A program made the position numbers and the translations under genes. DNA of 64,000 nucleotides from Clostridia bacterium (GTDB lineage Bacteria; Bacillota; Clostridia; Oscillospirales; CAG-272): NCBI GenBank assembly GCA_017937135.1, contig JAGBEE010000042.1, positions 11,885 to 75,884 on the forward strand. Reading direction: 5' to 3'. The notes beneath the pieces are model-generated. The model searched no databases and was not told the origin of the DNA. It saw only the letters and a program-made list of their open reading frames with translations. The number at the start of each line of letters is the position of its first letter. Within the stretch, counting starts at the first letter, position 1. Shown here one piece after another: positions 51,384-60,215 of the stretch.

Positions 51384-53135
51384 TTATTTTTGTGTTTTAG
51401 TAAATCTTACTCTTTGGCAATTTTTTACTAATAGCTTATGCACTCCTGCTTGTAGGATTCCACTTTCACATTTTTCGCCATAAATATCAAATATTTCATA
51501 AACCTTGTCCTCTAAAAGCTCAATATATACATTATCCTTGCCCGAGGAGTTAAAGAGATTTGTTTCCACCTCGTTTTCTACTACATACGCTTCATTTTGA
51601 TACAAAACAGCGACACTGTGTCCGTCTTTTGTGCTTTTTGCCATTGTAAATGAGGCATCTATTCCCTTTAATTCAAGCTCGCCATCTAATAAAATTTCGC
51701 TATGCTCTCTCCAAAATGAGAGGAACGCTTTTAAAAGCCTTTTATGCTCGCTTGTAATGTTATCAAAGCGCACTGAAATTTGAGGAACGGCAAACATTAT
51801 ACCTAAGAGCTGATACATTACGCCCTCGGGGGTGTCGTTTTTATTCCACATTAGCATATCGCTATGTACTGCTGTATTTCCTGAGGTTAATCTAAGTCCT
51901 AAGGAATAGGCTCTATTTAAAATTGCATCTGATGGGCAGTCAAGAACTCTAAACATATTGCAATATTGGCTCACGACAGGTCCGACATAGGACTGACGGT
52001 ATTCTATCATAAACTCGGGGTTTATCTTGGTAAGTCTTTGATGCGCCTCGCAAAGAAGCCTTTCAACTCCCTCCTCAACGGATATCGTATCCATTTTATC
52101 GTAATCCTTGGAGCTTTCCTCGCTTAGTGTAAAGGAGTCGATAAAATCAAGCTTCAAGCCATCCCAACCATATTCCCTTACATATTTTTCGTAGGTATCA
52201 ATCAAAAACTCTCTTACCTCTTTAAAGCGTGGGTCTAACACCATAGCGTTCATATGCTTACGTGTGCTAAGATACATTCCCTTAAATCTTTCGTAATTCT
52301 CGCTCTCGAAGCCTACGTATGGCACAGAAAACCATATCATAAATTTCATACCGAGGGCGTGTATTCTATCAACAAAATCCTTCATATCGGGAATTTTGCC
52401 CTTACTTACCCTCCAGTCACCACAAAAGGCGTAGCCTCTTGAATTATCATCTGTTTGCCATCCGTCATCGACTATGACAGTATCCATACCATATTCCTTG
52501 GCTATTTTACATTCCTTTATAATTTCATCTGGAATTGTGTGCTGATGGAAGCCATACCAAGTAGAATAAAGTGGCTTTTTTGTGCTTTTGGGCACGTATG
52601 CTCTTTTATAACCTATTTCCTCCCACCATTTTGCTACTGCTTCAACTGATTTAGTAAAGGGGATTTTTCTTTTATCAACTCTTACAATGACCTCGTATTC
52701 CTTCATTTTTGATGTTGGCATATCAAAAAGAACTACCTCAAATTTAATTCTGCCAGTTTCCTCTACCACGCCAGCCCTTAGGGCACTTGGATTCTTAGGG
52801 TCGGATAGCGCAACGGTAATTTTATTTTCGTCAGCTTTATTGTAAATTGCTATTATTGGCGCACCACTTGCTGTCTTGCTCTTTTCTGTGCGCATATTCC
52901 ACTCGGGTGTTAAATTATTAGCAAAATAGGCGCGAGGCGACCAAAAGCCAAGCATATCTATTTGCTCCTCCTCCCATACGAGAGAAAATGGCTTTGGCTC
53001 AATTTCGCTTTTGAAGGTTATTTTTAAAAGATAGGTAGATATTTCTCCACCCTGTATAAGCTCTATTTTTTCTTCACTTATGGAATTTTCAGTTTTAGTT
53101 GTAAATTTGATATTTTGTAGGTTGTGAATTTTCAT
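51384..53135 (-). CDS. Alpha-galactosidase, GH36
   Basis: YSTWY, IVDDGWQ, GDW, KLDFID motifs. Confidence 0.88.
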   Translation of the reverse strand: MKIHNLQNIKFTTKTENSISEEKIELIQGGEISTYLLKITFKSEIEPKPFSLVWEEEQIDMLGFWSPRAYFANNLTPEWNMRTEKSKTASGAPIIAIYNKADENKITVALSDPKNPSALRAGVVEETGRIKFEVVLFDMPTSKMKEYEVIVRVDKRKIPFTKSVEAVAKWWEEIGYKRAYVPKSTKKPLYSTWYGFHQHTIPDEIIKECKIAKEYGMDTVIVDDGWQTDDNSRGYAFCGDWRVSKGKIPDMKDFVDRIHALGMKFMIWFSVPYVGFESENYERFKGMYLSTRKHMNAMVLDPRFKEVREFLIDTYEKYVREYGWDGLKLDFIDSFTLSEESSKDYDKMDTISVEEGVERLLCEAHQRLTKINPEFMIEYRQSYVGPVVSQYCNMFRVLDCPSDAILNRAYSLGLRLTSGNTAVHSDMLMWNKNDTPEGVMYQLLGIMFAVPQISVRFDNITSEHKRLLKAFLSFWREHSEILLDGELELKGIDASFTMAKSTKDGHSVAVLYQNEAYVVENEVETNLFNSSGKDNVYIELLEDKVYEIFDIYGEKCESGILQAGVHKLLVKNCQRVRFTKTQK

Positions 53136-53863
53136 TATTTGTCCTCCAATTCCTTTATTACTTCGGCAAAATCCCTGTAATCATCTATTGTTATGTAATT
53201 AAAATCCGATTTATAAACACTCTCATCATTTCCACCCTGTCCATAATCGTCGCCAATATAAACAACATTTTCGTGCAAGAGGTTATTTTCCTTGCAATAC
53301 AAATCAAGCGCGTAATATTTATTATATGGCTTGGGTGACATATCAAAGGATGATGAGCCACCTACAAAAACGTTGTATTCTGGAAAGGCTATTACGACCT
53401 TATCGTAAATTGCTCTCCTCTTTTTTCTGTCTGGGTCGAATGATAGCTTATCCTCTTGTATTGCCTTAGTGCCAAGAATTGGGAAGGTTATACAGCCAGA
53501 TAAGTGATATTCTACACTATCTCCCCTGTAATTTGTAAAGCCATATTTTTCTCTAAAATAGCTTACTCTTTTTTCTATTTCTTCCCTGTTAATTTCAAAA
53601 ACAAGGTCGCGCACGGTATCTATATCGTTTGTTATCTCATTATACCTTGCATATTGCAAGCCATAGTTGCCTATTATGTCTATGGGGTATTTGTTCATTT
53701 GATTAAATATTCTTTTTGTTTGTCCTGCCCCTACCATTAAAAGCTTGTAGCGTTGTTTTAAAAAATCAAGTGCTTGCTTGTTTTCTTGGCAAAGTAGCTC
53801 CTTGTGCTGAGTTAGCGTGCCATCTAAGTCCATTGCGACAACCTTAATTTTAGTCTTATCCAT
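53135..53863 (-). CDS. HAD-IIB hydrolase (eukaryotic-type phosphomannomutase-like)
   Basis: DLDGTLT, GGSSSFD, GD....GGND. Confidence 0.8.
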   Translation of the reverse strand: MDKTKIKVVAMDLDGTLTQHKELLCQENKQALDFLKQRYKLLMVGAGQTKRIFNQMNKYPIDIIGNYGLQYARYNEITNDIDTVRDLVFEINREEIEKRVSYFREKYGFTNYRGDSVEYHLSGCITFPILGTKAIQEDKLSFDPDRKKRRAIYDKVVIAFPEYNVFVGGSSSFDMSPKPYNKYYALDLYCKENNLLHENVVYIGDDYGQGGNDESVYKSDFNYITIDDYRDFAEVIKELEDK

Positions 53864-55122
53864 TATTTATCTCCAAACAGGTCGTAGTTCATCCAAAGCA
53901 CAGTATATCTGTCCTTTAAATCCTTTGCATAACGCACTGCATTTTTTATTTTTTCCTCGCCATAGGTATTATAAAGCTCATTTATATCAAGCTCTAAGTC
54001 TGATAGCATTTTTTCTATCTCTTCGCCTCTTGGCATTTTGGAAAAAAGCTCTCTTATTTTTTGTTCTTTATCCTTGTAAATAGATATTCTGTTTATTTTG
54101 TAATTTCCTACCCTTTGTTGAAGGCTTATACACTCAGGTGCAATTTTTCCATAAATCTCACCAATTTTAGCCACGTATGCGCCATTTTCCATAGAAAACT
54201 GCTCATTTGGCCAAGGTGTATTTAATATTTTTTCTCTAATTTTTGCAGTTATTACTGTTGAATATGCAACGTCTATTCCGTGGGCAAGATATTTTTCGGA
54301 GTTTAATATTCCTGTTATCTCAAAAAAGTGTGAAAGATGATGCTCACTTCCCGAGGCGGGACGTGAGGTTGTTGCAAAGCTCATCATTATTCCAACTACT
54401 ATTAAAGCCTCTGTTAGTGCCTTTATGCTCTCTTCGTTTCTTTTTAGAAGTCCGTCCTTAGTTAAGAGAGTTTTTTCTACCATAGAATAGGTTGTTTTAT
54501 ATATGTAATCACAAAAATATTCGTTATTTACCTCGCGTGAAAGCTCCCAGTCGCAAAGGGCTGAATATTTTCCTATTATATCGCCATAACCTGCCTTTAT
54601 CATTTCCATAGGCGCATTTTTTAAAACGTCAACGTCGGCAATTATTGCCCTTGGTAGCCTTGCAGAAACGGTTTCTTTCATTCCCTTTAAAATCATTGCT
54701 GCACCACTTGAGGCATAGCCATCCATAGATGGTGCCGTTGCAACTATCATATATGGTAGGCTTGCAAAATGTGCTACATATTTACATAGGTCCTGAACTA
54801 CTCCTGAGCCAATTCCTATTATTAAATCTATTCCGTCAAGCTCCCCTTTCACCCTGTTAATGGCTTCCTCATTTGGAATAAGCACGGTTTTTCCGTCAAA
54901 AACAACTTTTCTTGTTTTTTTGCCCAAAAGAGCCTTTTCTGTCTTATCTATTGCTGCAAAAAAAGTATTTTCATCACCTACGAGCAAAATGCTCTTATAA
55001 TTTTTGCAAAGCTCGCTTAAACGTGCAATTGCTCCACATTCAATATAGATATTTTCTATATCACAGCTATGCTCCCTGCCACAGGCGCATTTTCTTATTT
55101 TAAGTAGTGAATTTATATCCAT
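53863..55122 (-). CDS. egsA: sn-glycerol-1-phosphate dehydrogenase (AraM/EgsA family)
   Basis: GSGVVQDLCK, TAPSMDGYAS, GYGD, RPASGSEHHLSH, HGIDV. Confidence 0.85.
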   Translation of the reverse strand: MDINSLLKIRKCACGREHSCDIENIYIECGAIARLSELCKNYKSILLVGDENTFFAAIDKTEKALLGKKTRKVVFDGKTVLIPNEEAINRVKGELDGIDLIIGIGSGVVQDLCKYVAHFASLPYMIVATAPSMDGYASSGAAMILKGMKETVSARLPRAIIADVDVLKNAPMEMIKAGYGDIIGKYSALCDWELSREVNNEYFCDYIYKTTYSMVEKTLLTKDGLLKRNEESIKALTEALIVVGIMMSFATTSRPASGSEHHLSHFFEITGILNSEKYLAHGIDVAYSTVITAKIREKILNTPWPNEQFSMENGAYVAKIGEIYGKIAPECISLQQRVGNYKINRISIYKDKEQKIRELFSKMPRGEEIEKMLSDLELDINELYNTYGEEKIKNAVRYAKDLKDRYTVLWMNYDLFGDK

Positions 55123-55267
55123 TTTTGTCTCCTATTTTGTACTCACAGTTATATTATAATATTAGTTTTTTTATTTGTCAATAAAGTTACTATATCAAAA
55201 ATATATTATTTTCATATTATGTTTAGTGGAGCTTATGCTCTAATAATCGAAAGGAACAATTTTAGAA

Positions 55268-56119
55268 TTGGCTCAATTTACAAATCAGGCTCAGTTAACC
55301 TATAAGAACACTACAACTAACTCAAATGTTGCAGTTGGTGAGATTTTAGAGGTTATTTCCGTTACAAAAACAGCGGTAACTGCAACCTACGGTCAAAACG
55401 ACACAATAACTTATATTATCAGTATTATTAACTCGGGAGTTAGCGCTCTTAATAATCTTACTCTTACTGATAATTTAGGAGCTTATAATTTTGGTCAGGG
55501 CACACTTACTCCTCTTGAATATACAGAAAATAGCATACAGTATTATGTAAACGGAGTTTTACAGTCTGCCCCCACTGTTAATAGCGAGGATGCTCTAATT
55601 ATTACAGGCGTTAACGTCCCTGCAGGTGGAAATGCTATAATAGTTTACGAGGTATCAGTTAATAGCTTTGCTCCAATAGAACAGAGTGGTCAGATTACAA
55701 ATGTCGCTACTGTTTCTGGCGCAAATATATCTCCTGTTTCTGCACAGGAAACAGTCACGGCACAAAACGCACCGAATTTAACTATTACAAAATCAATTAG
55801 CCCCGTACCTGTGGCTGAAAATGGCACTGTAACCTACACCTTTTTAATCCAAAACACAGGAAATACACCTGTTGTCGCAACAGACAATGCTTTTATTACG
55901 GACCTGTTTAATCCTATTCTTTCTTCTATTACTGCAACCTTTAACGGTCAGGTATGGACTGAAGGGGTTGAATACAACTACAATCAAACAACCGGTCTTT
56001 TTGAAAGCGTGCAAAGCGAAATTACAGTCCCTGCTGCTACCTTTACAAGGGACCCTGTAAGCGGCGCTTGGTCTATTACTCCCGGCACATCTACACTTGT
56101 AGTTACGGGAACAATTTAA
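55268..56119 (+). CDS. DUF11 / conserved-repeat-domain protein
   Basis: Two TK....TY.I.I.N.G....N....D repeats; Thr/Asn-rich; TTG start. Confidence 0.75.
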   Translation: MAQFTNQAQLTYKNTTTNSNVAVGEILEVISVTKTAVTATYGQNDTITYIISIINSGVSALNNLTLTDNLGAYNFGQGTLTPLEYTENSIQYYVNGVLQSAPTVNSEDALIITGVNVPAGGNAIIVYEVSVNSFAPIEQSGQITNVATVSGANISPVSAQETVTAQNAPNLTITKSISPVPVAENGTVTYTFLIQNTGNTPVVATDNAFITDLFNPILSSITATFNGQVWTEGVEYNYNQTTGLFESVQSEITVPAATFTRDPVSGAWSITPGTSTLVVTGTI

Positions 56120-56203
56120 TAAAATAGCGACACGTGTCGCTATTTTATAAGTAAAGCAGGACTTTCTGAGCTTTAGCTCATTTTGCCCTGCTTTTTAAAA
56201 TAT

Positions 56204-57034
56204 TTATTTGAGATTTACTGATTGTCTTGCTGGTATTTTTATTGTTTCACCATAACGGCACATCCAAACGTCTATGCCACTTGGATTGAAAACAATTTTT
56301 CCATTTGCTGAATATTCAAGTCCACGATATGCCTCTACATAGTCGTAAATTTCAATATTGGTTGCATACCAAACATCGTCCTTGCCTGCAAGATAGCTAC
56401 AAAGCCTTTCCATTCTTGCCCAGTCCTCTTCTGTTCTGTATTCATAGGAGTGTCCCCAGATATAAAACAGCCAGCCCTCAATGCTCATCCAGCTTTTAAA
56501 TGGGTCGTAATCTACAAATTCCTTTGCTAAATCAAATACCTTCTCATCTGCTTGGTGACAGGTTGTATCCATTTCAAGCCATTTGTCAGATATTGTAAAC
56601 TTGTGATGTGCGCCAACACCTCTTGAATACTTAATTCCTGCATCCTTGATTATTCTTATAACATCGTTATTATAAGTGCCAAATGGGTATGCCATTCCGC
56701 GAACTACATAGCCTGTATATTTTTCCAAAAGCTCCTTGTCATCCATAATTTCCTTAACTACAAGTGTAGTAGGAAGTCTTTCAAGGAAGGGGTGAGTTAG
56801 AGAATGAACTGCAACCTCGTGTCCCTTATATACTGTTGGAATTTGCTCAAGGGCAAGCTTTTTGGACTTTTCATCAGCTTTTTCCGGCATAAGTCCACTA
56901 TTCAAGTTAAATGTACCCTTCATATTGTACTTGTTAAAAAGCTCTATTAAGCGTATATCCTGTTTTTCTCCATCGTCAAAGCTGAAGGTGAGCGCCTTTG
57001 GCTTACCACCCCAAAAAAGCATTCTGTTATTCAT
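56204..57034 (-). CDS. Polysaccharide deacetylase (CE4/NodB-like)
   Basis: TFSFDDG, HEVAVHSLTH, AYPFG, WGHSYE. Confidence 0.88.
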   Translation of the reverse strand: MNNRMLFWGGKPKALTFSFDDGEKQDIRLIELFNKYNMKGTFNLNSGLMPEKADEKSKKLALEQIPTVYKGHEVAVHSLTHPFLERLPTTLVVKEIMDDKELLEKYTGYVVRGMAYPFGTYNNDVIRIIKDAGIKYSRGVGAHHKFTISDKWLEMDTTCHQADEKVFDLAKEFVDYDPFKSWMSIEGWLFYIWGHSYEYRTEEDWARMERLCSYLAGKDDVWYATNIEIYDYVEAYRGLEYSANGKIVFNPSGIDVWMCRYGETIKIPARQSVNLK

Positions 57035-57046
57035 AAATTTATCTCC

Positions 57047-58183
57047 TTAATCTGAATTTCTTTCCCCTAAAATGTTTCTATATTTTTGGTAAAAGCTCTC
57101 AAAATATTCGCCATCAAGCGCTTCCCTTATCTTTTCCATAAGCTCGTTATAGAAATATAGGTTGTGAAGCACGCAAAGGCGCATTCCAAGTGCCTCCTTT
57201 GCCTTTACGAGGTGCCTTATATATGCGCGTGAGTAGTCACGACAGGCAGGACAATTACAGCCCTCATCAATTGGACGGGAATCCGCCCTGTATTTTTCAT
57301 TCATTATATTCATTTTTCCGTGCCAAGTAAAGAGGTTACCGTGCCTTGCGTTTCTGCTTGGCATTACGCAGTCGAAAAAGTCAATTCCTCTGTGAACTGC
57401 CTCTAAAATATTGCAGGGAGTGCCAACGCCCATTAAATATCTTGGCTTGTCCTTTGGCATATGTGGCTCGACTATGTCTATGATTTGATACATTTCCTCG
57501 GTTTCCTCACCTACTGCTAAGCCACCTATTGCATATCCGTCAAGGTCAAGCTCGGCAATTTTTTTCATATGCTCTACTCTTAAATCCTCGTAGGTGCTAC
57601 CTTGGTTTATTCCGAAAAGAAGCTGATTTTTATTTATGGTTTCGGGCAAGGAATTTAGCCTTGCCATTTCCTTTTTACAGCGCTCAAGCCATCTTACTGT
57701 ACGGTCACAGGACTTTTTGGTGTAATCATATGGAGCTGGGTTTTCTATACATTCATCAAATGCCATAGCAATTGTAGATGCTAAGTTTGACTGAATTTGC
57801 ATACTTTCCTCAGGTCCCATAAAGATGCGCTTGCCATCTATGTGCGATGCAAAGCGAACACCCTCCTCGGTGATTTTTCTAAGGCTTGCAAGTGAGAAAA
57901 CCTGAAATCCACCACTATCAGTTAAAACAGGCTTGTCCCAATTAAAAAACTTATGAATTCCACCAAGGTCGTGTATTAGCTTATCGCCTGGGCGTATGTG
58001 CAAATGGTAGGTGTTTGAAAGCTCCACCTGACATTTAATTTCCTTTAAATCTGTAGTAGATACTCCACCCTTTATTGCGGCGCACGTACCTACGTTCATA
58101 AACACAGGGGTCTGTATTTCGCCGTGAACTGTGTTCAATGTGCAGCGTCTGGCTCTACCCTCTTGCTTTAAGACTTTAAACAT
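57047..58183 (-). CDS. tgt: tRNA-guanine transglycosylase
   Basis: TPVFM, NTYHL, DSGGFQVFSL, GGLAVGE, C.C..C zinc site. Confidence 0.97.
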   Translation of the reverse strand: MFKVLKQEGRARRCTLNTVHGEIQTPVFMNVGTCAAIKGGVSTTDLKEIKCQVELSNTYHLHIRPGDKLIHDLGGIHKFFNWDKPVLTDSGGFQVFSLASLRKITEEGVRFASHIDGKRIFMGPEESMQIQSNLASTIAMAFDECIENPAPYDYTKKSCDRTVRWLERCKKEMARLNSLPETINKNQLLFGINQGSTYEDLRVEHMKKIAELDLDGYAIGGLAVGEETEEMYQIIDIVEPHMPKDKPRYLMGVGTPCNILEAVHRGIDFFDCVMPSRNARHGNLFTWHGKMNIMNEKYRADSRPIDEGCNCPACRDYSRAYIRHLVKAKEALGMRLCVLHNLYFYNELMEKIREALDGEYFESFYQKYRNILGERNSD

Positions 58184-58193
58184 TGTTTTTTCC

Positions 58194-60200
58194 TTATTTT
58201 ATCCTTTCAAATTGCTTTTCGAGAAAATGCTTTGTTATCTCGAAGGCTATTGGTCTGCCATGTGGGCAATATTTAATATTATCAAGAGTCAAGACTCTGT
58301 CACATATCCATTTTATATGGTCCTTGTCGTAAGCTCTGCCTGCCTTTATTGCTGCCTTGCACGATGCTTGATAAAGTGCCCTTTCAAAGCGCTCATAGCG
58401 TGATTTTTCGCCCTGTGCCTCTCCTCCAACAAGCCTTTCGCAAAGGGTTAGAAAGGTATCCTGTGCTGAGCTTAATTCAATTTCTGATGGAATTTCATAA
58501 ATTGATACGGTTTTATTTGACAAATCATAGCCAAAGCCTGTTTTCTTTATTTCCTCGCCCCAGTCGCTAAGTGCCATAAGCTCGCTTGCGTCAAGGTCTA
58601 TTTCTATTGGCATCATCAAAATTTGCGAGGACGGTGTTGAGAGTGAAAGCTTTTTCTTCAAATCCTCGAAAATTATTCTTTCGTGCGCTGCGTGCTTGTC
58701 TATTAAATACATAATATCGCCAAGCTCAACTATTACGTAGGAATTAAACGCCTCACCAATTATTTTATAATCGGGTATAACTCGAATTTGAGCCACGTCC
58801 TCGGTGATTTTTGTATTTTCCAAGGCTTTTTGCTCGTCCTTATTTTCCTCGACTGCCTTTTTGGTTGATTTTTCATCATAAGCTATTATTGGCTCTGTTT
58901 TAATTGGCATATCATAGGTTGGAACACTATTTACTTCAATTGTCTTAATATTTTTATTAAATTTTATTGTAAAGGCATCGTCCTCTTTTATTGGCTCTGA
59001 TGCCTTCTTATTCTCATCCTTTTTATCAAGCGAGGAGTAATCAAGAGTATTATTCTGACAAAGAGTGCCAAAATTAGTATTTGAATCAAAAACTATTCTT
59101 TGTGGTCGTTGCTCCTTGCTTTCCCTGTCTTTTACAGGGAAAAGAGTGTTTATTAGCTCCTTTGCTTCCTTTGAGCGCTTTTCATCGTCATTATAAAGCG
59201 TTGGAGTTGTAATTCTATTTGATAACGCTGTGCGTACAGCATAATATACCGCATCGAAAATCAGCTTCTCATTTGAGAACTTCACCTCTAATTTTGCAGG
59301 ATGAACATTAACATCCACGCTTGATGGGTCAATTACTATATTCAAAACGCAAAATGGAAATTTGTCGCTTGGAATATATGACGTATATGCTTGCTCAAGG
59401 GCTGCAGATGCAGTTTTGCTCTTTACAAAGCGAGAGTTTATATAAAAGTTTTCAAGATTACGATTAGCCCTTACAAGCTCGGGAGTTGAAATAAAGCCCT
59501 CGACCTTAATTCCACCGTCTTCTCTTTCTACCTGTATAGTCTTTTTAGACACGTCCCTGCCCAAAATCGCATAAATTACGTTTTGCAGGCTACCATCTCC
59601 TGCTGTTACGTATTTTACTTGATTATCAATTAAATATCTAAATGATATGTCAGGACGGGAAAGGGCAACCTTTTCTACGATTGAGGTTATTGCCATAGCC
59701 TCAGTTGCATCCTTTTTTAAGAATTTCTTTCTTGCAGGAACATTATAAAATAAATCCTCAACTATTACAGTTGTGCCATTTGCGCACCCTATGCTGGTAT
59801 GGTTAACAACATTTCCACCATGTGCTTCAAGCATTGCACCAAATTCACTGTCCTCTTGCTTTGACATTATTCTTATTTTACTTACAGAGGAAATGGCAGC
59901 AAGCGCCTCACCTCTGAAGCCAAGGGTAAATATTGATTCAAGGTCGGTTGCATCCTTGATTTTGCTTGTTGCGTGTCTTAAAATCGCAACGGGCAAATCA
60001 TCGTATTGTATGCCGCAGCCATTATCTGTAATTCTTATAAAGGTAATTCCACCGTTTTTGATTTCAACGGTTATTTTATTCGCTCCTGAGTCAATTGCGT
60101 TTTCAAGAAGCTCCTTTACTACCGATGACGGACGGTCAACTACCTCGCCTGCGGCTATTAAATTTGCAACGTCAAAGCCAAGAACATTTATTTTTCCCAC
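58194..60200 (-). CDS. mutL: DNA mismatch repair endonuclease MutL
   Basis: IAAGEVV, ENAIDSGA, GFRGEAL, DKHAAHER, CPHGRP; probable GTG start at 60200. Confidence 0.97.
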   Translation of the reverse strand: MGKINVLGFDVANLIAAGEVVDRPSSVVKELLENAIDSGANKITVEIKNGGITFIRITDNGCGIQYDDLPVAILRHATSKIKDATDLESIFTLGFRGEALAAISSVSKIRIMSKQEDSEFGAMLEAHGGNVVNHTSIGCANGTTVIVEDLFYNVPARKKFLKKDATEAMAITSIVEKVALSRPDISFRYLIDNQVKYVTAGDGSLQNVIYAILGRDVSKKTIQVEREDGGIKVEGFISTPELVRANRNLENFYINSRFVKSKTASAALEQAYTSYIPSDKFPFCVLNIVIDPSSVDVNVHPAKLEVKFSNEKLIFDAVYYAVRTALSNRITTPTLYNDDEKRSKEAKELINTLFPVKDRESKEQRPQRIVFDSNTNFGTLCQNNTLDYSSLDKKDENKKASEPIKEDDAFTIKFNKNIKTIEVNSVPTYDMPIKTEPIIAYDEKSTKKAVEENKDEQKALENTKITEDVAQIRVIPDYKIIGEAFNSYVIVELGDIMYLIDKHAAHERIIFEDLKKKLSLSTPSSQILMMPIEIDLDASELMALSDWGEEIKKTGFGYDLSNKTVSIYEIPSEIELSSAQDTFLTLCERLVGGEAQGEKSRYERFERALYQASCKAAIKAGRAYDKDHIKWICDRVLTLDNIKYCPHGRPIAFEITKHFLEKQFERIK

Positions 60201-60215
60201 CGTCATCACTTCCTT

